Both the position numbers and the translations under genes were made by a program. The notes beneath the pieces are model-generated. The model was not told the origin of the DNA. It made no database searches and saw only the letters and a program-made list of their open reading frames with translations. Shown here in pieces: positions 55,320-64,000 of a stretch of 64,000 nucleotides of DNA (the stretch's first letter is position 1; every line of letters begins with the position of its first letter). The stretch is taken from NCBI GenBank assembly GCA_012517905.1, contig JAAYUE010000053.1:9750-73749 (forward strand). Reading direction: 5' to 3'. This DNA comes from Clostridiales bacterium (lineage in GTDB: Bacteria; Bacillota; Clostridia; Christensenellales; CAG-138).

Positions 55320-56252
55320 ATGCTGACAAACAAAAGCCTGATCGCCCCGAGCGACTTCACCCTCGAAGAAATTGAGGAACTCCTCGCCCTGTCGGAGCGC
55401 GTGATCGAATCCCCCGCGCGCTATGCCGACGCCTGCAAGGGAAAGCTCCTGGCAAGCCTCTTCTACGAACCCTCGACGCGCACGAAGTTTTCCTTCGACG
55501 CGGCGATGCTGCGCCTCGGCGGCAGCACGCTCGGCTTCTCCGACCCAAACACCTCGAGCACGGCCAAAGGCGAAACCATCGCGGACAGCGCCCGCACGGT
55601 CGGCAAATACGCGGACGTCATCGTGGTGCGCCATCCCAAGGAGGGCACGGCGAAGCTCATGAGCCGCTATGCGGACTGCCCCGTCATCAACGCGGGCGAC
55701 GGCGGGCACCACCACCCGACGCAGACGCTCACGGACCTGCTGACCATCCGCCACTATAAGGGCGACTTCGGCGGGCTGACGGTCGGCGTCTGCGGCGATC
55801 TCAAGTTCGGGCGCACGATCCACTCGCTGGTCACCTGCCTTGCGCGCTATCAGAACGTGCGCTTCCTCTTCATCTCCCCCGAGGAGCTGAACATGCCCGC
55901 GTTTGTCAAGGAGGAGCTGATCGCCAAGGGCGTGCCGTTTACCGAAACCGCCGACCTCGAGGGCAGCATCTCGCAGCTGGACGTGCTCTACATGTCCCGC
56001 GTGCAGCGAGAGCGCTTCATCAGCGAAGAAGAATACCTGCGCCTGAAGGACTTCTTCATCCTCACGGCGGACAAGATGCGGCTGGCCAGGCAGGACATGA
56101 TCGTCATGCACCCGCTGCCGCGCATCAACGAAATCGCCACCGAGGTGGACGCCGACCCCCGCGCGGCATATTTCGAGCAGGTGAAGTTCGGCATGTACGT
56201 CCGCATGGCGCTCATCATGAAGCTGCTCGGCGCAGGGGAGCCGCAGGACTGA
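55320..56252 (+). CDS. pyrB: Aspartate carbamoyltransferase catalytic subunit
   Basis: ORF 55257..56252. Start at ATG 55320 (MLTNKSLIAPSDF). Motifs EPSTRTKFSF, HPTQ, HPLPR. Confidence 0.94.
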   Translation: MLTNKSLIAPSDFTLEEIEELLALSERVIESPARYADACKGKLLASLFYEPSTRTKFSFDAAMLRLGGSTLGFSDPNTSSTAKGETIADSARTVGKYADVIVVRHPKEGTAKLMSRYADCPVINAGDGGHHHPTQTLTDLLTIRHYKGDFGGLTVGVCGDLKFGRTIHSLVTCLARYQNVRFLFISPEELNMPAFVKEELIAKGVPFTETADLEGSISQLDVLYMSRVQRERFISEEEYLRLKDFFILTADKMRLARQDMIVMHPLPRINEIATEVDADPRAAYFEQVKFGMYVRMALIMKLLGAGEPQD

Positions 56253-56279
56253 AAGCGGAAAACAGAGGAGGATAATGAA

Positions 56280-56702
56280 ATGATCAACGTTTCAAAGCTC
56301 AAGGAAGGCATCGTGATCGACCACATCCGCGCCGGTCATGGATATAAGATTTTTCAGCAGCTCGGTCTGGACCGGCTCGACGACGTGGTCGTGCTCATGC
56401 GCAACGTGGAGAGCACAAAGATGGGCCGCAAAGACCTGATCAAGATCGAGACGAACCTCAACCTCAACTTCGACGTGCTCGGCCTCATCGACCCGGACGT
56501 GACCATCTCCTACATCAAAAACGGTGAGCGGGTGAAGAAGATCCGCCTCACGCCGCCGGAGACCGTCACGGGCATCCTGAGCTGCAAAAACCCGCGCTGC
56601 ATCACCAATCAGGAGCACATCGGCAACGTCAGATTTTACCTCGTGGACGCGCAGACGAACCAGTACGCCTGCGAATACTGCGACGCGCGCACGCACCTGT
56701 AA
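56280..56702 (+). CDS. pyrI: Aspartate carbamoyltransferase regulatory subunit
   Basis: 140-aa ORF. Zn-binding Cys pairs CKNPRC and CEYC. Confidence 0.92.
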   Translation: MINVSKLKEGIVIDHIRAGHGYKIFQQLGLDRLDDVVVLMRNVESTKMGRKDLIKIETNLNLNFDVLGLIDPDVTISYIKNGERVKKIRLTPPETVTGILSCKNPRCITNQEHIGNVRFYLVDAQTNQYACEYCDARTHL

Positions 56703-56729
56703 CCCCCGACAGACGAAAGGAGAAACGGT

Positions 56730-57890
56730 ATGATCACGCTCTATCGAAACGCGCGCCTCATCGACGCGACGGGCGACCGCTATGGAGACCTCACCGTGGA
56801 GGACGGCGTCATCACCGCCTGCGGGCCGCTGAGCTGGCAGCGGGCGGACAAAGTGGTGGACATGCGGCGAAACGCGCTCATGCCGGCGTTTATCGACCTG
56901 CACTGCCACCTGCGCGATCCCGGCTATCCGCAGAAGGAGACCATGGAGACGGGCATGCGCGCCGCGCTCAAGGGCGGCTACGCGCACCTCATCGCTATGG
57001 CGAATACCGACCCGGTGATCGCCACACCCATGCTGGTGACGCAGAACCACGACAAGGCAAAGGGGCTGCGCCTCTGCGCGCTGACGCAGGCCGCCGCCGC
57101 GGGCGAATCGCTCGGCGACGACACGCCGACCGACCGCGCCGCGCTCAGCCGCGTGACAAACGTGCTCTCCAACGACGGCAAGACGATCTTCTCGGACGAG
57201 TTCATGAAAAACCTGCTGCTCGATTCGACGAAATACGGCTTCATCATCAGCACGCACTGCCAGCCGGAGCGGGCGATCGTGGAGCGGGACATCCGCCTGC
57301 TGCGCGAGGTCGGCGGCAATCTGCACATCGGCCACATCAGCCGCGCGGAGACCGTCGATATGGTCCGCCGCGCCAAGGCGGAGGGGCTGCAGCTGACCTG
57401 CGAGGTCACGCCGCACCACCTCTTCGGCTGGGACAGCGACTATAAGGTAAATCCGCCCCTGCGCATGCGCGCGGATGTGGACGCGCTGATCGCGGGCATT
57501 CAGGACGGCACGATCGACTGCCTTGCGACGGATCACGCACCGCATACGCCCGAGGACAAGGCAAACGGCGCGGCGGGCATCTCCGGCATCGAGCACGCCT
57601 TCCAGATCTACCTCAAGGTCTTCACGGATCACGGCATCCCGCTGACAAGGCTTTCCCAGATGCTCTCCCTCAACCCCGCAAGGCGCCTCGGTCTCAAAGC
57701 CGGGCTCTTTCTGCCCGGGTATCCTGCGGACGTGACCGCGCTCGCGGTCGAGGAGGAGAGCGAGCTGGACGCCTACGCCATGATCTCCCGCTCGCACAAC
57801 ACGCCCTTTCACGGCAGAGCCGTGCGCGGGCGCGTGCTGAAGACCATCGTGGACGGCGAAACGAGATACGAATATGAAAAGGTGGTCTGA
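56730..57890 (+). CDS. pyrC: Dihydroorotase
   Basis: 386-aa ORF with the metal motif IDLHCHLRDPG. Confidence 0.92.
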   Translation: MITLYRNARLIDATGDRYGDLTVEDGVITACGPLSWQRADKVVDMRRNALMPAFIDLHCHLRDPGYPQKETMETGMRAALKGGYAHLIAMANTDPVIATPMLVTQNHDKAKGLRLCALTQAAAAGESLGDDTPTDRAALSRVTNVLSNDGKTIFSDEFMKNLLLDSTKYGFIISTHCQPERAIVERDIRLLREVGGNLHIGHISRAETVDMVRRAKAEGLQLTCEVTPHHLFGWDSDYKVNPPLRMRADVDALIAGIQDGTIDCLATDHAPHTPEDKANGAAGISGIEHAFQIYLKVFTDHGIPLTRLSQMLSLNPARRLGLKAGLFLPGYPADVTALAVEEESELDAYAMISRSHNTPFHGRAVRGRVLKTIVDGETRYEYEKVV

Positions 57891-57969
57891 GATAGATTCA
57901 TCGGAGACGGAATCTTTGAACAGAGAGAGATTTCGATGGTTCAGGAAACACGGAAGGAGACATACATAG

Positions 57970-58821
57970 ATGAGCATGGAACGGTTATTTGAATCGGTGC
58001 AGCAAAAAGGCCCCGTCTGCGTGGGCCTTGATACACAATTGAGCTTTCTGCCGGACTATCTGAAGAAGAAGGTCGGCACGGACGGCGAAAAGATCTTTGA
58101 GTTCAACCGCGCGATCATCGACGCGACGGAGGACGAGGCGGGCTGCTTCAAGCTCCAGATCGCCTGCTACGAGGCGCTGGGGCTGGACGGCATGCGCGCG
58201 TTTTCCAGGACGCTCCAATACGCAAGAAGTCGCGGCAATGTGACCATCACGGACGCAAAGCGCGGGGACATCTCCTCCACCGCAACGCAATACGCCAGAG
58301 CGCATTTCTCCGGCGACTTCGAGACCGACCTGATGACCATCAACGTCTTCATGGGCGAGGACGCGGTCTCTCCCTACTACTCCTACCTCGAGCAAAACAA
58401 GGGCGTGTTCGCGCTGGTCAAGACCAGCAACCCCAGCGGAAAGGACTTTCAGGACCTGCTGGTGGACGGCGAAACGCTCTACGAACGCACGGCGAAAAAA
58501 GTATCCGAATGGGGCGAACGGTTCATCGGCAAGAGCGGTTTTTCCGCCATCGGCGCGGTGACGGGCCTGACCTACCCCGAGGAGTTCGAGCGCATCCGCC
58601 CGCTGCTGCCGCATACCTTTCTGCTCATTCCCGGCTACGGCGCACAGGGCGGAACGGGCAAGGACATCGCGGGCTTTTTCAAGGACGGGGTACGCGGCGT
58701 GGTCAACTCCTCCCGCGGGCTCATCACGGCGCACAAGGGCAAGTGCGAGGACGAACACTTTACCGATTCGGTCCGCGCCGCCGTGCTGGACATGAAAAAG
58801 GACATCCTGCAGTGGCTGTAA
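57970..58821 (+). CDS. pyrF: Orotidine 5-prime-phosphate decarboxylase (long, type 2 form)
   Basis: 283-aa ORF. Motifs VCVGLD and DAKRGDI. GGAAGGAG RBS. Confidence 0.9.
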   Translation: MSMERLFESVQQKGPVCVGLDTQLSFLPDYLKKKVGTDGEKIFEFNRAIIDATEDEAGCFKLQIACYEALGLDGMRAFSRTLQYARSRGNVTITDAKRGDISSTATQYARAHFSGDFETDLMTINVFMGEDAVSPYYSYLEQNKGVFALVKTSNPSGKDFQDLLVDGETLYERTAKKVSEWGERFIGKSGFSAIGAVTGLTYPEEFERIRPLLPHTFLLIPGYGAQGGTGKDIAGFFKDGVRGVVNSSRGLITAHKGKCEDEHFTDSVRAAVLDMKKDILQWL

Positions 58822-59528
58822 TCAAAAGCAACGAAACAATCGCGCGAGGCATCTGGCGCATGATCGTCTCCGGCGCGCCAATCGGCCGCGCGGGACAGTT
58901 TTTCATGCTGCGCGTGCCCGGCGCGCTCGACCCGCTGCTCGGTCGGCCGGTCAGCATCTGCGAAACCAACGCCGAGACGGGCGAAACCGCGTTCGTCTAT
59001 CAGACCGTCGGACGCGGCACGGAGCAGTTTTCGAGGCTTTTGCCCGGACAGGAGATCGACGCGCAGGGACCCTACGGCAACGGGTTCTCACTGGAATCGG
59101 GCCGCGCGGTGATCCTTGGCGGCGGCATCGGCACGGCGCCGATGCTCCAGCTCGCGCGCGAGCTGCGCGGTGACGATCCCGCCCGCGAGATCGACGTCTA
59201 CCTCGGCTTTCGCGAGGAGGCGTACCTCGCCCGCGAGTTCGAACGCTATGCCGACCGGGTGGCGGTCAACATCGGCGGATTTGTCACCGGCGACGCGGAC
59301 TTTTCTCTGGACGCAACCTACTATGCCTGCGGCCCCGCGCCGATGCTGCGCGCGGCGGCGGCCGCCGCGGACGCAGCAAACGCAAAGCTCTATGTCTCGC
59401 TTGAAAAGCACATGGCCTGCGGCGTCGGCGCGTGCCTCGGCTGCACCTGCCAAACAAGCGGCGGCAGAAAGCGCGTCTGCAAAGACGGGCCGGTGTTCGA
59501 CTACCGGGAGGTGCACGATGGACTGTAA
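58812..59528 (+). CDS. pyrK: Dihydroorotate dehydrogenase electron-transfer subunit
   Basis: Inside ORF 58509..59528. GTG 58812 has AAGGA upstream and overlaps the pyrF end. C-terminal 2Fe-2S motif CGVGACLGCTC. Confidence 0.85.
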   Translation: MAVIKSNETIARGIWRMIVSGAPIGRAGQFFMLRVPGALDPLLGRPVSICETNAETGETAFVYQTVGRGTEQFSRLLPGQEIDAQGPYGNGFSLESGRAVILGGGIGTAPMLQLARELRGDDPAREIDVYLGFREEAYLAREFERYADRVAVNIGGFVTGDADFSLDATYYACGPAPMLRAAAAAADAANAKLYVSLEKHMACGVGACLGCTCQTSGGRKRVCKDGPVFDYREVHDGL

Positions 59529-60426
59529 CCCCCTCTCCCTCACGCTCTGCGGCGTGCCGCTGCAAAATCCCGTGATCGCGGCGAGCGGCACCTTCGGCTT
59601 TGGACATGAATACGCCGAAATCATGGACGTCTCCCGTCTCGGCGGCATCAGCGGCAAGGGTCTTACCCTGTATGGTAGCTCCGGCAACGCCGGCATGCGC
59701 GTCTATGAAACGCCAAGCGGCATGCTCAACAGCATCGGGCTGGAAAACCCCGGCGTACAGCACTTCGTCGAGACGGAGGCGCCCTACATGCGCTCGCTCG
59801 GCCCGGCGGTGATCGCCAACCTCGGCGGGCACTGCGAGGAGGACTATCTCGAGGGCGCGCGCCTGCTCAATGAAGCGGACATCGACATCCTCGAGCTGAA
59901 CATCTCCTGCCCGAACGTCAGGGCGGGCGGGATGGCTTTCGGCATGCTGCCGGAACCGGCGGCGGACATCACGCGCCGGGTCAAGGCGGTTTCGCGCCAC
60001 CCGCTGATGGTGAAGCTCTCCCCCAACGCGCCGGACCTCGTCGCCGTCGCGCGCGCCTGCGAAAGCGCGGGCGCGGACGCGCTGAGCCTCGTCAATACCT
60101 TTCTCGGCATGGCGATCGACGTGAAACAGAAACGTGCGGTGTTTGAAAACGTGTACGCAGGCCTCTCCGGTCCGGCGATATTGCCCATCGCGCTGCGGAT
60201 GGTGCACCAGGTTGCGCATGCGGTGCGGATTCCCATCGTCGGGCTGGGCGGCATCGCGAGCGCGGAGGACGCGCTGAAATTTCTCATGGCGGGCGCGCGG
60301 GCGGTGCAGGTCGGCACCATGACGTTTGCAAAGCCCGGCGCGATGCTCGACATCGTCGACGGGCTTTCGGATTACTGCGCCGAAGAGAAGCTGCAAAACC
60401 TGCAGGAGATCGTCGGCATGATTTAA
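59518..60426 (+). CDS. pyrD: Dihydroorotate dehydrogenase (type 1B) catalytic subunit
   Basis: Inside ORF 59116..60426. Start at ATG 59518 (MDCNPLSLTLCGVPLQNPVIAASGTFGFG). LELNISCPN motif. Overlaps the pyrK end. Confidence 0.92.
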   Translation: MDCNPLSLTLCGVPLQNPVIAASGTFGFGHEYAEIMDVSRLGGISGKGLTLYGSSGNAGMRVYETPSGMLNSIGLENPGVQHFVETEAPYMRSLGPAVIANLGGHCEEDYLEGARLLNEADIDILELNISCPNVRAGGMAFGMLPEPAADITRRVKAVSRHPLMVKLSPNAPDLVAVARACESAGADALSLVNTFLGMAIDVKQKRAVFENVYAGLSGPAILPIALRMVHQVAHAVRIPIVGLGGIASAEDALKFLMAGARAVQVGTMTFAKPGAMLDIVDGLSDYCAEEKLQNLQEIVGMI

Positions 60427-60445
60427 GACAAACAATAAGGAGTAT

Positions 60446-61033
60446 ATGGATATGAGCGACAATCTTACCATCATGAAGCAGTGCGAGGCCTTTCTGGAAG
60501 GGCACTTTCTGCTCTCCTCAGGGCGGCATAGCGGCGGCTACTGCCAGTGCGCAAAACTGCTGCGCTTTCCCGCGCTGGCCGAAACGGTGCTTGCCACCGT
60601 CACCGGACAGGTGAAAAACCTGCCGATCACGAAGGTCTGCGGTCCGGCGATGGGCGGCGTGATCGTCTCCTACGAGCTCGCCCGCCAGCTCGGCGTGGAG
60701 AGCATCTTCACCGAGCGCAAGGACGGCGAAATGCAGCTTCGACGCGGGTTCTCCGTCGGCAAAGGCGACAAAATCCTGATCGCCGAGGACGTGATCACCA
60801 CCGGAAAATCCACCATGGAGACGGTAAAAGCGCTCGAAGACATGGGCGCGGAGGTGATCGGCGCGGCTTGCATCGCCGACCGGCGCGCGGCGGACTGCGA
60901 CTTCGCGCTGCCCGTCTACGCGGCGCTGAAGCTCTCCATCGACTCCTACGAGCCGGATGAATGCCCCATCTGCGAGGCGGGCGTGTTGAAGCTCGAAAAG
61001 CCCGGCAGCCGCGAACTGCCGCTGACAAAATAG
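60446..61033 (+). CDS. pyrE: Orotate phosphoribosyltransferase
   Basis: 195-aa ORF with the PRTase motif ILIAEDVITTGKST. AAGGAG spacing favours the second ATG at 60452. Confidence 0.92.
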   Translation: MDMSDNLTIMKQCEAFLEGHFLLSSGRHSGGYCQCAKLLRFPALAETVLATVTGQVKNLPITKVCGPAMGGVIVSYELARQLGVESIFTERKDGEMQLRRGFSVGKGDKILIAEDVITTGKSTMETVKALEDMGAEVIGAACIADRRAADCDFALPVYAALKLSIDSYEPDECPICEAGVLKLEKPGSRELPLTK

Positions 61034-61051
61034 AGTTCGCTGCCCTTTGGG

Positions 61052-61082
61052 GTCCCGCGTATATACGCGGGATCCTTTTTTC
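61052..61082 (+). terminator. Rho-independent terminator of the pyr operon
   Basis: GTCCCGCGTATATACGCGGGAT followed by CCTTTTTT. Confidence 0.85.
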
Positions 61083-61123
61083 TCGCGGTTTTCAAAAAAT
61101 TATGTCGCATTTCTAGTTTTATT

Positions 61124-61137
61124 GTTGTAATTACAAC
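61124..61137. promoter_or_regulatory. Perfect 14-bp palindrome upstream of the DUF1858 operon (candidate operator)
   Basis: GTTGTAATTACAAC, 64 nt upstream of ATG 61201. A TATACT box lies at 61160..61165. Confidence 0.35.
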
Positions 61138-61200
61138 GTTTATATTGCGTTTACAGCGTTATACTCATAGCAGAAAGAGCCCACGGGAGGTACATCGCAA

Positions 61201-61476
61201 ATGGAACGAATCCACATCGACCTCAACGAAACCGTCTATGCACTGTGTACGAAACATCCCGCGCTTGTCGAAATTCTCAGCGAACTCGGCTTTACGGATA
61301 TTACCAGGCCCGGCATGCTGCAGAGCGCGGGACGGTTCATGACCCCCGTCAAAGGCGCGGCGTTCAAGCACATTCCGCTGGAGCAGATCGTCGCGCTGCT
61401 CGACGAACGCGGCTACGACGCGACCGTTTCACAAAACGACAAACACGACAAACCGAATCAGGAGGCGATTTTATGA
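61201..61476 (+). CDS. DUF1858 domain protein (ScdA/RIC N-terminal-like)
   Basis: 91-aa ORF. Reads IDLNETVYALCTKHPALVEILSELGF. TGA overlaps the next ATG. Confidence 0.8.
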   Translation: MERIHIDLNETVYALCTKHPALVEILSELGFTDITRPGMLQSAGRFMTPVKGAAFKHIPLEQIVALLDERGYDATVSQNDKHDKPNQEAIL

Positions 61477-62675
61477 GTCAGGAAATCAACAACCGCGAAC
61501 GGCGCAAAGCGGCCATCAAGGATATGCTGCGCCAGCTGCACGAGGGAAAGACTGCCAAGGAAGTGCAGAGCGTCTTCCGCGAAGCGTTTGAGGGCGTCTC
61601 CGCCTCCGAAATTTCGGAAGCGGAGCAGGCGCTCATTTCGGAAGGGCTGCCGGTGTCGGAAGTGCAGCGCCTCTGCGACGTGCCCTCCGCCGTATTTCGC
61701 GGCAGCATCGAAGAGATCCACGCGCCCGCGGACGCGAGCAAACTCCCCGGCCACCCCGCGCATACGCTACGCGCGGAAAACGCCGCGATTCAAAAGCAGA
61801 TGGACGAGCGCATCCGCCCGCTGCTTTCACGCGTCGCCGCCGGCTCGCTGCCGCCGCAGGCGCTGCTGCCGGAGATCGGCGCGCTGCTCGCCATCGACCT
61901 GCACTATTCCCGCAAGGAAAACCTGCTCTTTCCCTATCTCGAGCAGCACGGCGTGACCGCGCCGCCGAAGGTCATGTGGGGCGTGGACGACGAAATCCGC
62001 GCGTTGCTGAAGGAATCCGCGCGTCTCGCGGCGGCAGGCGACGCGGCCACGGCGGTGAAGCTGACCGAAGCGCTCACACGCGTGGAAGAGATGATCTTCA
62101 AGGAAGAAAACATTCTCATCCCCATGCTGCTCGACACGCTCTCGGCCGAGGAGTGGGCGACCGTTGCAAAGGAAAGCGGCGGAATCGGCTATTGCCTGAT
62201 CGATCCCCCGCCCGTCCGGCGCGCAACGCCCGGCGCGCAGCCTTCCGCACCGACCGCGCCCGCGGAAGGAGCGGTGAAGCTGCCGACGGGGTTCCTCTCC
62301 GTCCCGGAACTCACGAACGTTCTAAACACGCTCCCGGTGGACATCACGTTCGTCGGCGCGGACGACACGGTGCGATATTTTTCGCAGGGCGGCGAGCGGG
62401 TGTTCCCGCGCACGACGGCGATCATCGGGCGCAAGGTTGTAAACTGCCATCCGCCTGCGAGCGTGCACATTGTCGAAGGCATCATCGCCGACTTCAAGTC
62501 CGGCAAGAAAGATCACGAGGACTTTTGGATCCGGATGGGCGACCGCTTTGTCTATATCCGCTACTTCGCGGTGCGCGGCGAGTCCGGCGAATACCTCGGC
62601 GTGCTCGAGGTGACGCAGGACATCGCGCCGATTCAGGCGATCACAGGCGAAAAAAGGCTGGTATCGCAGGCATGA
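61473..62675 (+). CDS. DUF438 protein with hemerythrin-like and C-terminal PAS-like regions
   Basis: Inside ORF 61245..62675. ATG 61473 has GGAGG 7 nt upstream. Contains the hemerythrin-type helix HPAHTLRAEN...DLHYSRKENLLFPYLE and the PAS-like tail FSQGGERVFPRTTAIIGRKVVNCHPP. Confidence 0.8.
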   Translation: MSQEINNRERRKAAIKDMLRQLHEGKTAKEVQSVFREAFEGVSASEISEAEQALISEGLPVSEVQRLCDVPSAVFRGSIEEIHAPADASKLPGHPAHTLRAENAAIQKQMDERIRPLLSRVAAGSLPPQALLPEIGALLAIDLHYSRKENLLFPYLEQHGVTAPPKVMWGVDDEIRALLKESARLAAAGDAATAVKLTEALTRVEEMIFKEENILIPMLLDTLSAEEWATVAKESGGIGYCLIDPPPVRRATPGAQPSAPTAPAEGAVKLPTGFLSVPELTNVLNTLPVDITFVGADDTVRYFSQGGERVFPRTTAIIGRKVVNCHPPASVHIVEGIIADFKSGKKDHEDFWIRMGDRFVYIRYFAVRGESGEYLGVLEVTQDIAPIQAITGEKRLVSQA

Positions 62676-62746
62676 AGCGGATAAAGGGACTCAGACATGC
62701 ATCCCTGCACACAAGCGCGCCAGGAAACCGACAGGAGGAAACAGAT

Positions 62747-63088
62747 ATGCCGAACAGAATACTCAAAAACATCGATCCGGCAACGCCGCTGGAGCTCGGC
62801 TCGCTCGTAGATGCTCAGCCGGGGCAGATCGTCAGCCGCACGCTCGTGCAAAACAAGGCTGTGAGCATCACGCTGTTCGCGTTTGACGCGGGCGAAGAGA
62901 TCAGCGCGCACGAATCGAAAGGCGACGCGATGGTGCAGCTGCTCGACGGCACGGCGAAGATCACGATCGGGGCGAACACGCATCGCCTCACCGCCGGACA
63001 GACCGTCGTTATGCCCGCGGGCATCCCGCACGCGCTGGAGGCGGAGACGCCGTTTCGCATGCTGCTCACAGTCGTGTTTCCGGCCTGA
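62747..63088 (+). CDS. Small cupin-domain protein
   Basis: Inside ORF 61976..63088. ATG 62747 has GGAGGAA upstream. Reads EISAHESKGDAMVQLLDGTAKITIG...PAGIPHAL. Confidence 0.82.
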   Translation: MPNRILKNIDPATPLELGSLVDAQPGQIVSRTLVQNKAVSITLFAFDAGEEISAHESKGDAMVQLLDGTAKITIGANTHRLTAGQTVVMPAGIPHALEAETPFRMLLTVVFPA

Positions 63089-63126
63089 TCGGGCTGCTTC
63101 AAATCGGGTAAATATCGATACGACAA

Positions 63127-63154
63127 GGCCGCGCCCGACCCGACGGGCGCGGCC
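63127..63154. other. GC-rich hairpin between convergent genes (no U tract)
   Basis: GGCCGCGCCC-GACCCGAC-GGGCGCGGCC. Confidence 0.4.
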
Positions 63155-63194
63155 CTGCCGCAAGGAGGGAGTCGAAGGATGAGAGGCAAATTCG

Positions 63195-64000
63195 TTACAC
63201 GACGGCATTTCTGCCCGCGTGTTTAGCGCGATAGAGGTTCTCATCCGCGCGGTGCAGCAGCATGATCGCCGAGAGCTGAAAATCGCTCTGCTCCATGGCG
63301 TATACGCCGAAGCTGCAGGTCAGGCTGAGCGCGCCGTCCTCGAGCGGGAACCGCTCGCTCATGACGGCAACGCGGAGACGGTTGGCGATGCGGCGCGCCG
63401 AGGCGGCGTCCACGCCGGGCAGGCAAATGACGAACTCGTCCCCGCCGTATCGCGCGGTCCAGCTGTCCGTGCGGCGCACTTTTTTCTGGAGCAACTGCGC
63501 GACATGCTGCAGCACGAGATCGCCCGCGATGTGCCCGTAGCGGTCGTTGACGGCCTTGAACTGGTCGATGTCCGCAAATATGACCGAAAGCGGCTGCCCG
63601 CTCTCGTAGGCGGCGCTCATCGCGGCGGGCAGGGATTCGTCGATATAGCGCCGGTTGTAAAGCCCCGTGAGCGTATCTTTCAAAAGCATCCCTTCGATGG
63701 TGTTCGAGAGGTATTCCTGGCCGTCAAACACGTTTGCCGGTCCGCCCGTTACGGCGGAGATCACGCGGCGGCGCGGCTGGATCATCTCGAGCCTGCAGCG
63801 CGCGTCCCCGATCATGACGGGTACGCTCGTGATCTCGTAGGACTCCCGATTCCGGCCGACGTAGACGCTGCGCTCGCTCTCGCCGCGTCCAAACGCACGC
63901 GCGCCGGCTGCCGCGTCGGCATCCGGATAGCGCGGCGCAAAGTCCTCGCCCGTCTGCGGCAGAGAGGAATAGAGCACGCTGCCGTCGTCATGGCCGACGA
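63195..64000 (-). CDS. GGDEF diguanylate cyclase, N-terminus beyond the window
   Basis: The frame stays open to the window edge. RYGGDEFVICLPG with an RRTD (RxxD I-site) 6 residues upstream. Confidence 0.85.
   Translation of the reverse strand, partial: VGHDDGSVLYSSLPQTGEDFAPRYPDADAAAGARAFGRGESERSVYVGRNRESYEITSVPVMIGDARCRLEMIQPRRRVISAVTGGPANVFDGQEYLSNTIEGMLLKDTLTGLYNRRYIDESLPAAMSAAYESGQPLSVIFADIDQFKAVNDRYGHIAGDLVLQHVAQLLQKKVRRTDSWTARYGGDEFVICLPGVDAASARRIANRLRVAVMSERFPLEDGALSLTCSFGVYAMEQSDFQLSAIMLLHRADENLYRAKHAGRNAVV

Noticed and set aside
1-64000. Genome-wide reassignment of TAG (amber) to a sense codon.
   Set aside because: At least nine confidently identified genes in this window terminate at TAG exactly where their families normally end. 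Read-through would add long unrelated tails, for example about 40 codons after purD.

Overview
Visibly GC-rich, Firmicutes/Clostridia-like chromosomal segment dominated by core nucleotide metabolism and nutrient uptake. I call 53 protein-coding genes. I saw no rRNA, tRNA, CRISPR array, transposase or integrase. Layout: (1) a co-directional minus-strand block carA-carB(-dapF)-gntR-purE-purC-purF-purM-purN-purO-purH-purD-purL (365..17926). (2) An orphan gene of unknown function with a GT-A-like DxD signature. (3) A glucuronide-type locus: GH2 enzyme, GPH symporter and a divergent AraC regulator. (4) A U32 peptidase. (5) A LacI-controlled sugar ABC transporter / Gfo-Idh-MocA oxidoreductase / TIM-barrel isomerase locus. 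(6) guaB. (7) Two paralogous Liv-type amino-acid ABC operons flanking an SBP3-PAS-GGDEF-HD-GYP enzyme. (8) pyrB-I-C-F-K-D-E behind a long leader with two terminators. (9) A DUF1858-DUF438-cupin operon and a partial GGDEF gene at the right edge. Most of the window is ordinary housekeeping, and I did not find a convincing new multi-gene system. The most unusual observations are: (a) an in-frame TAG inside carB, placed before its allosteric domain, and that domain then runs without a stop into dapF; (b) a 14-unit 12-nt tandem array filling the purE-purC spacer, which reads in the purE frame as a stop-riddled (Q/E/stop)KEL tail; (c) a structured non-coding region with a thrice-repeated motif at the left edge; (d) the uncharacterised 416-aa protein. 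Coordinates of CDS include the stop codon. Several starts were moved from the longest-ORF start to an internal start with a better Shine-Dalgarno site. The ORF track uses GTG/TTG as M.
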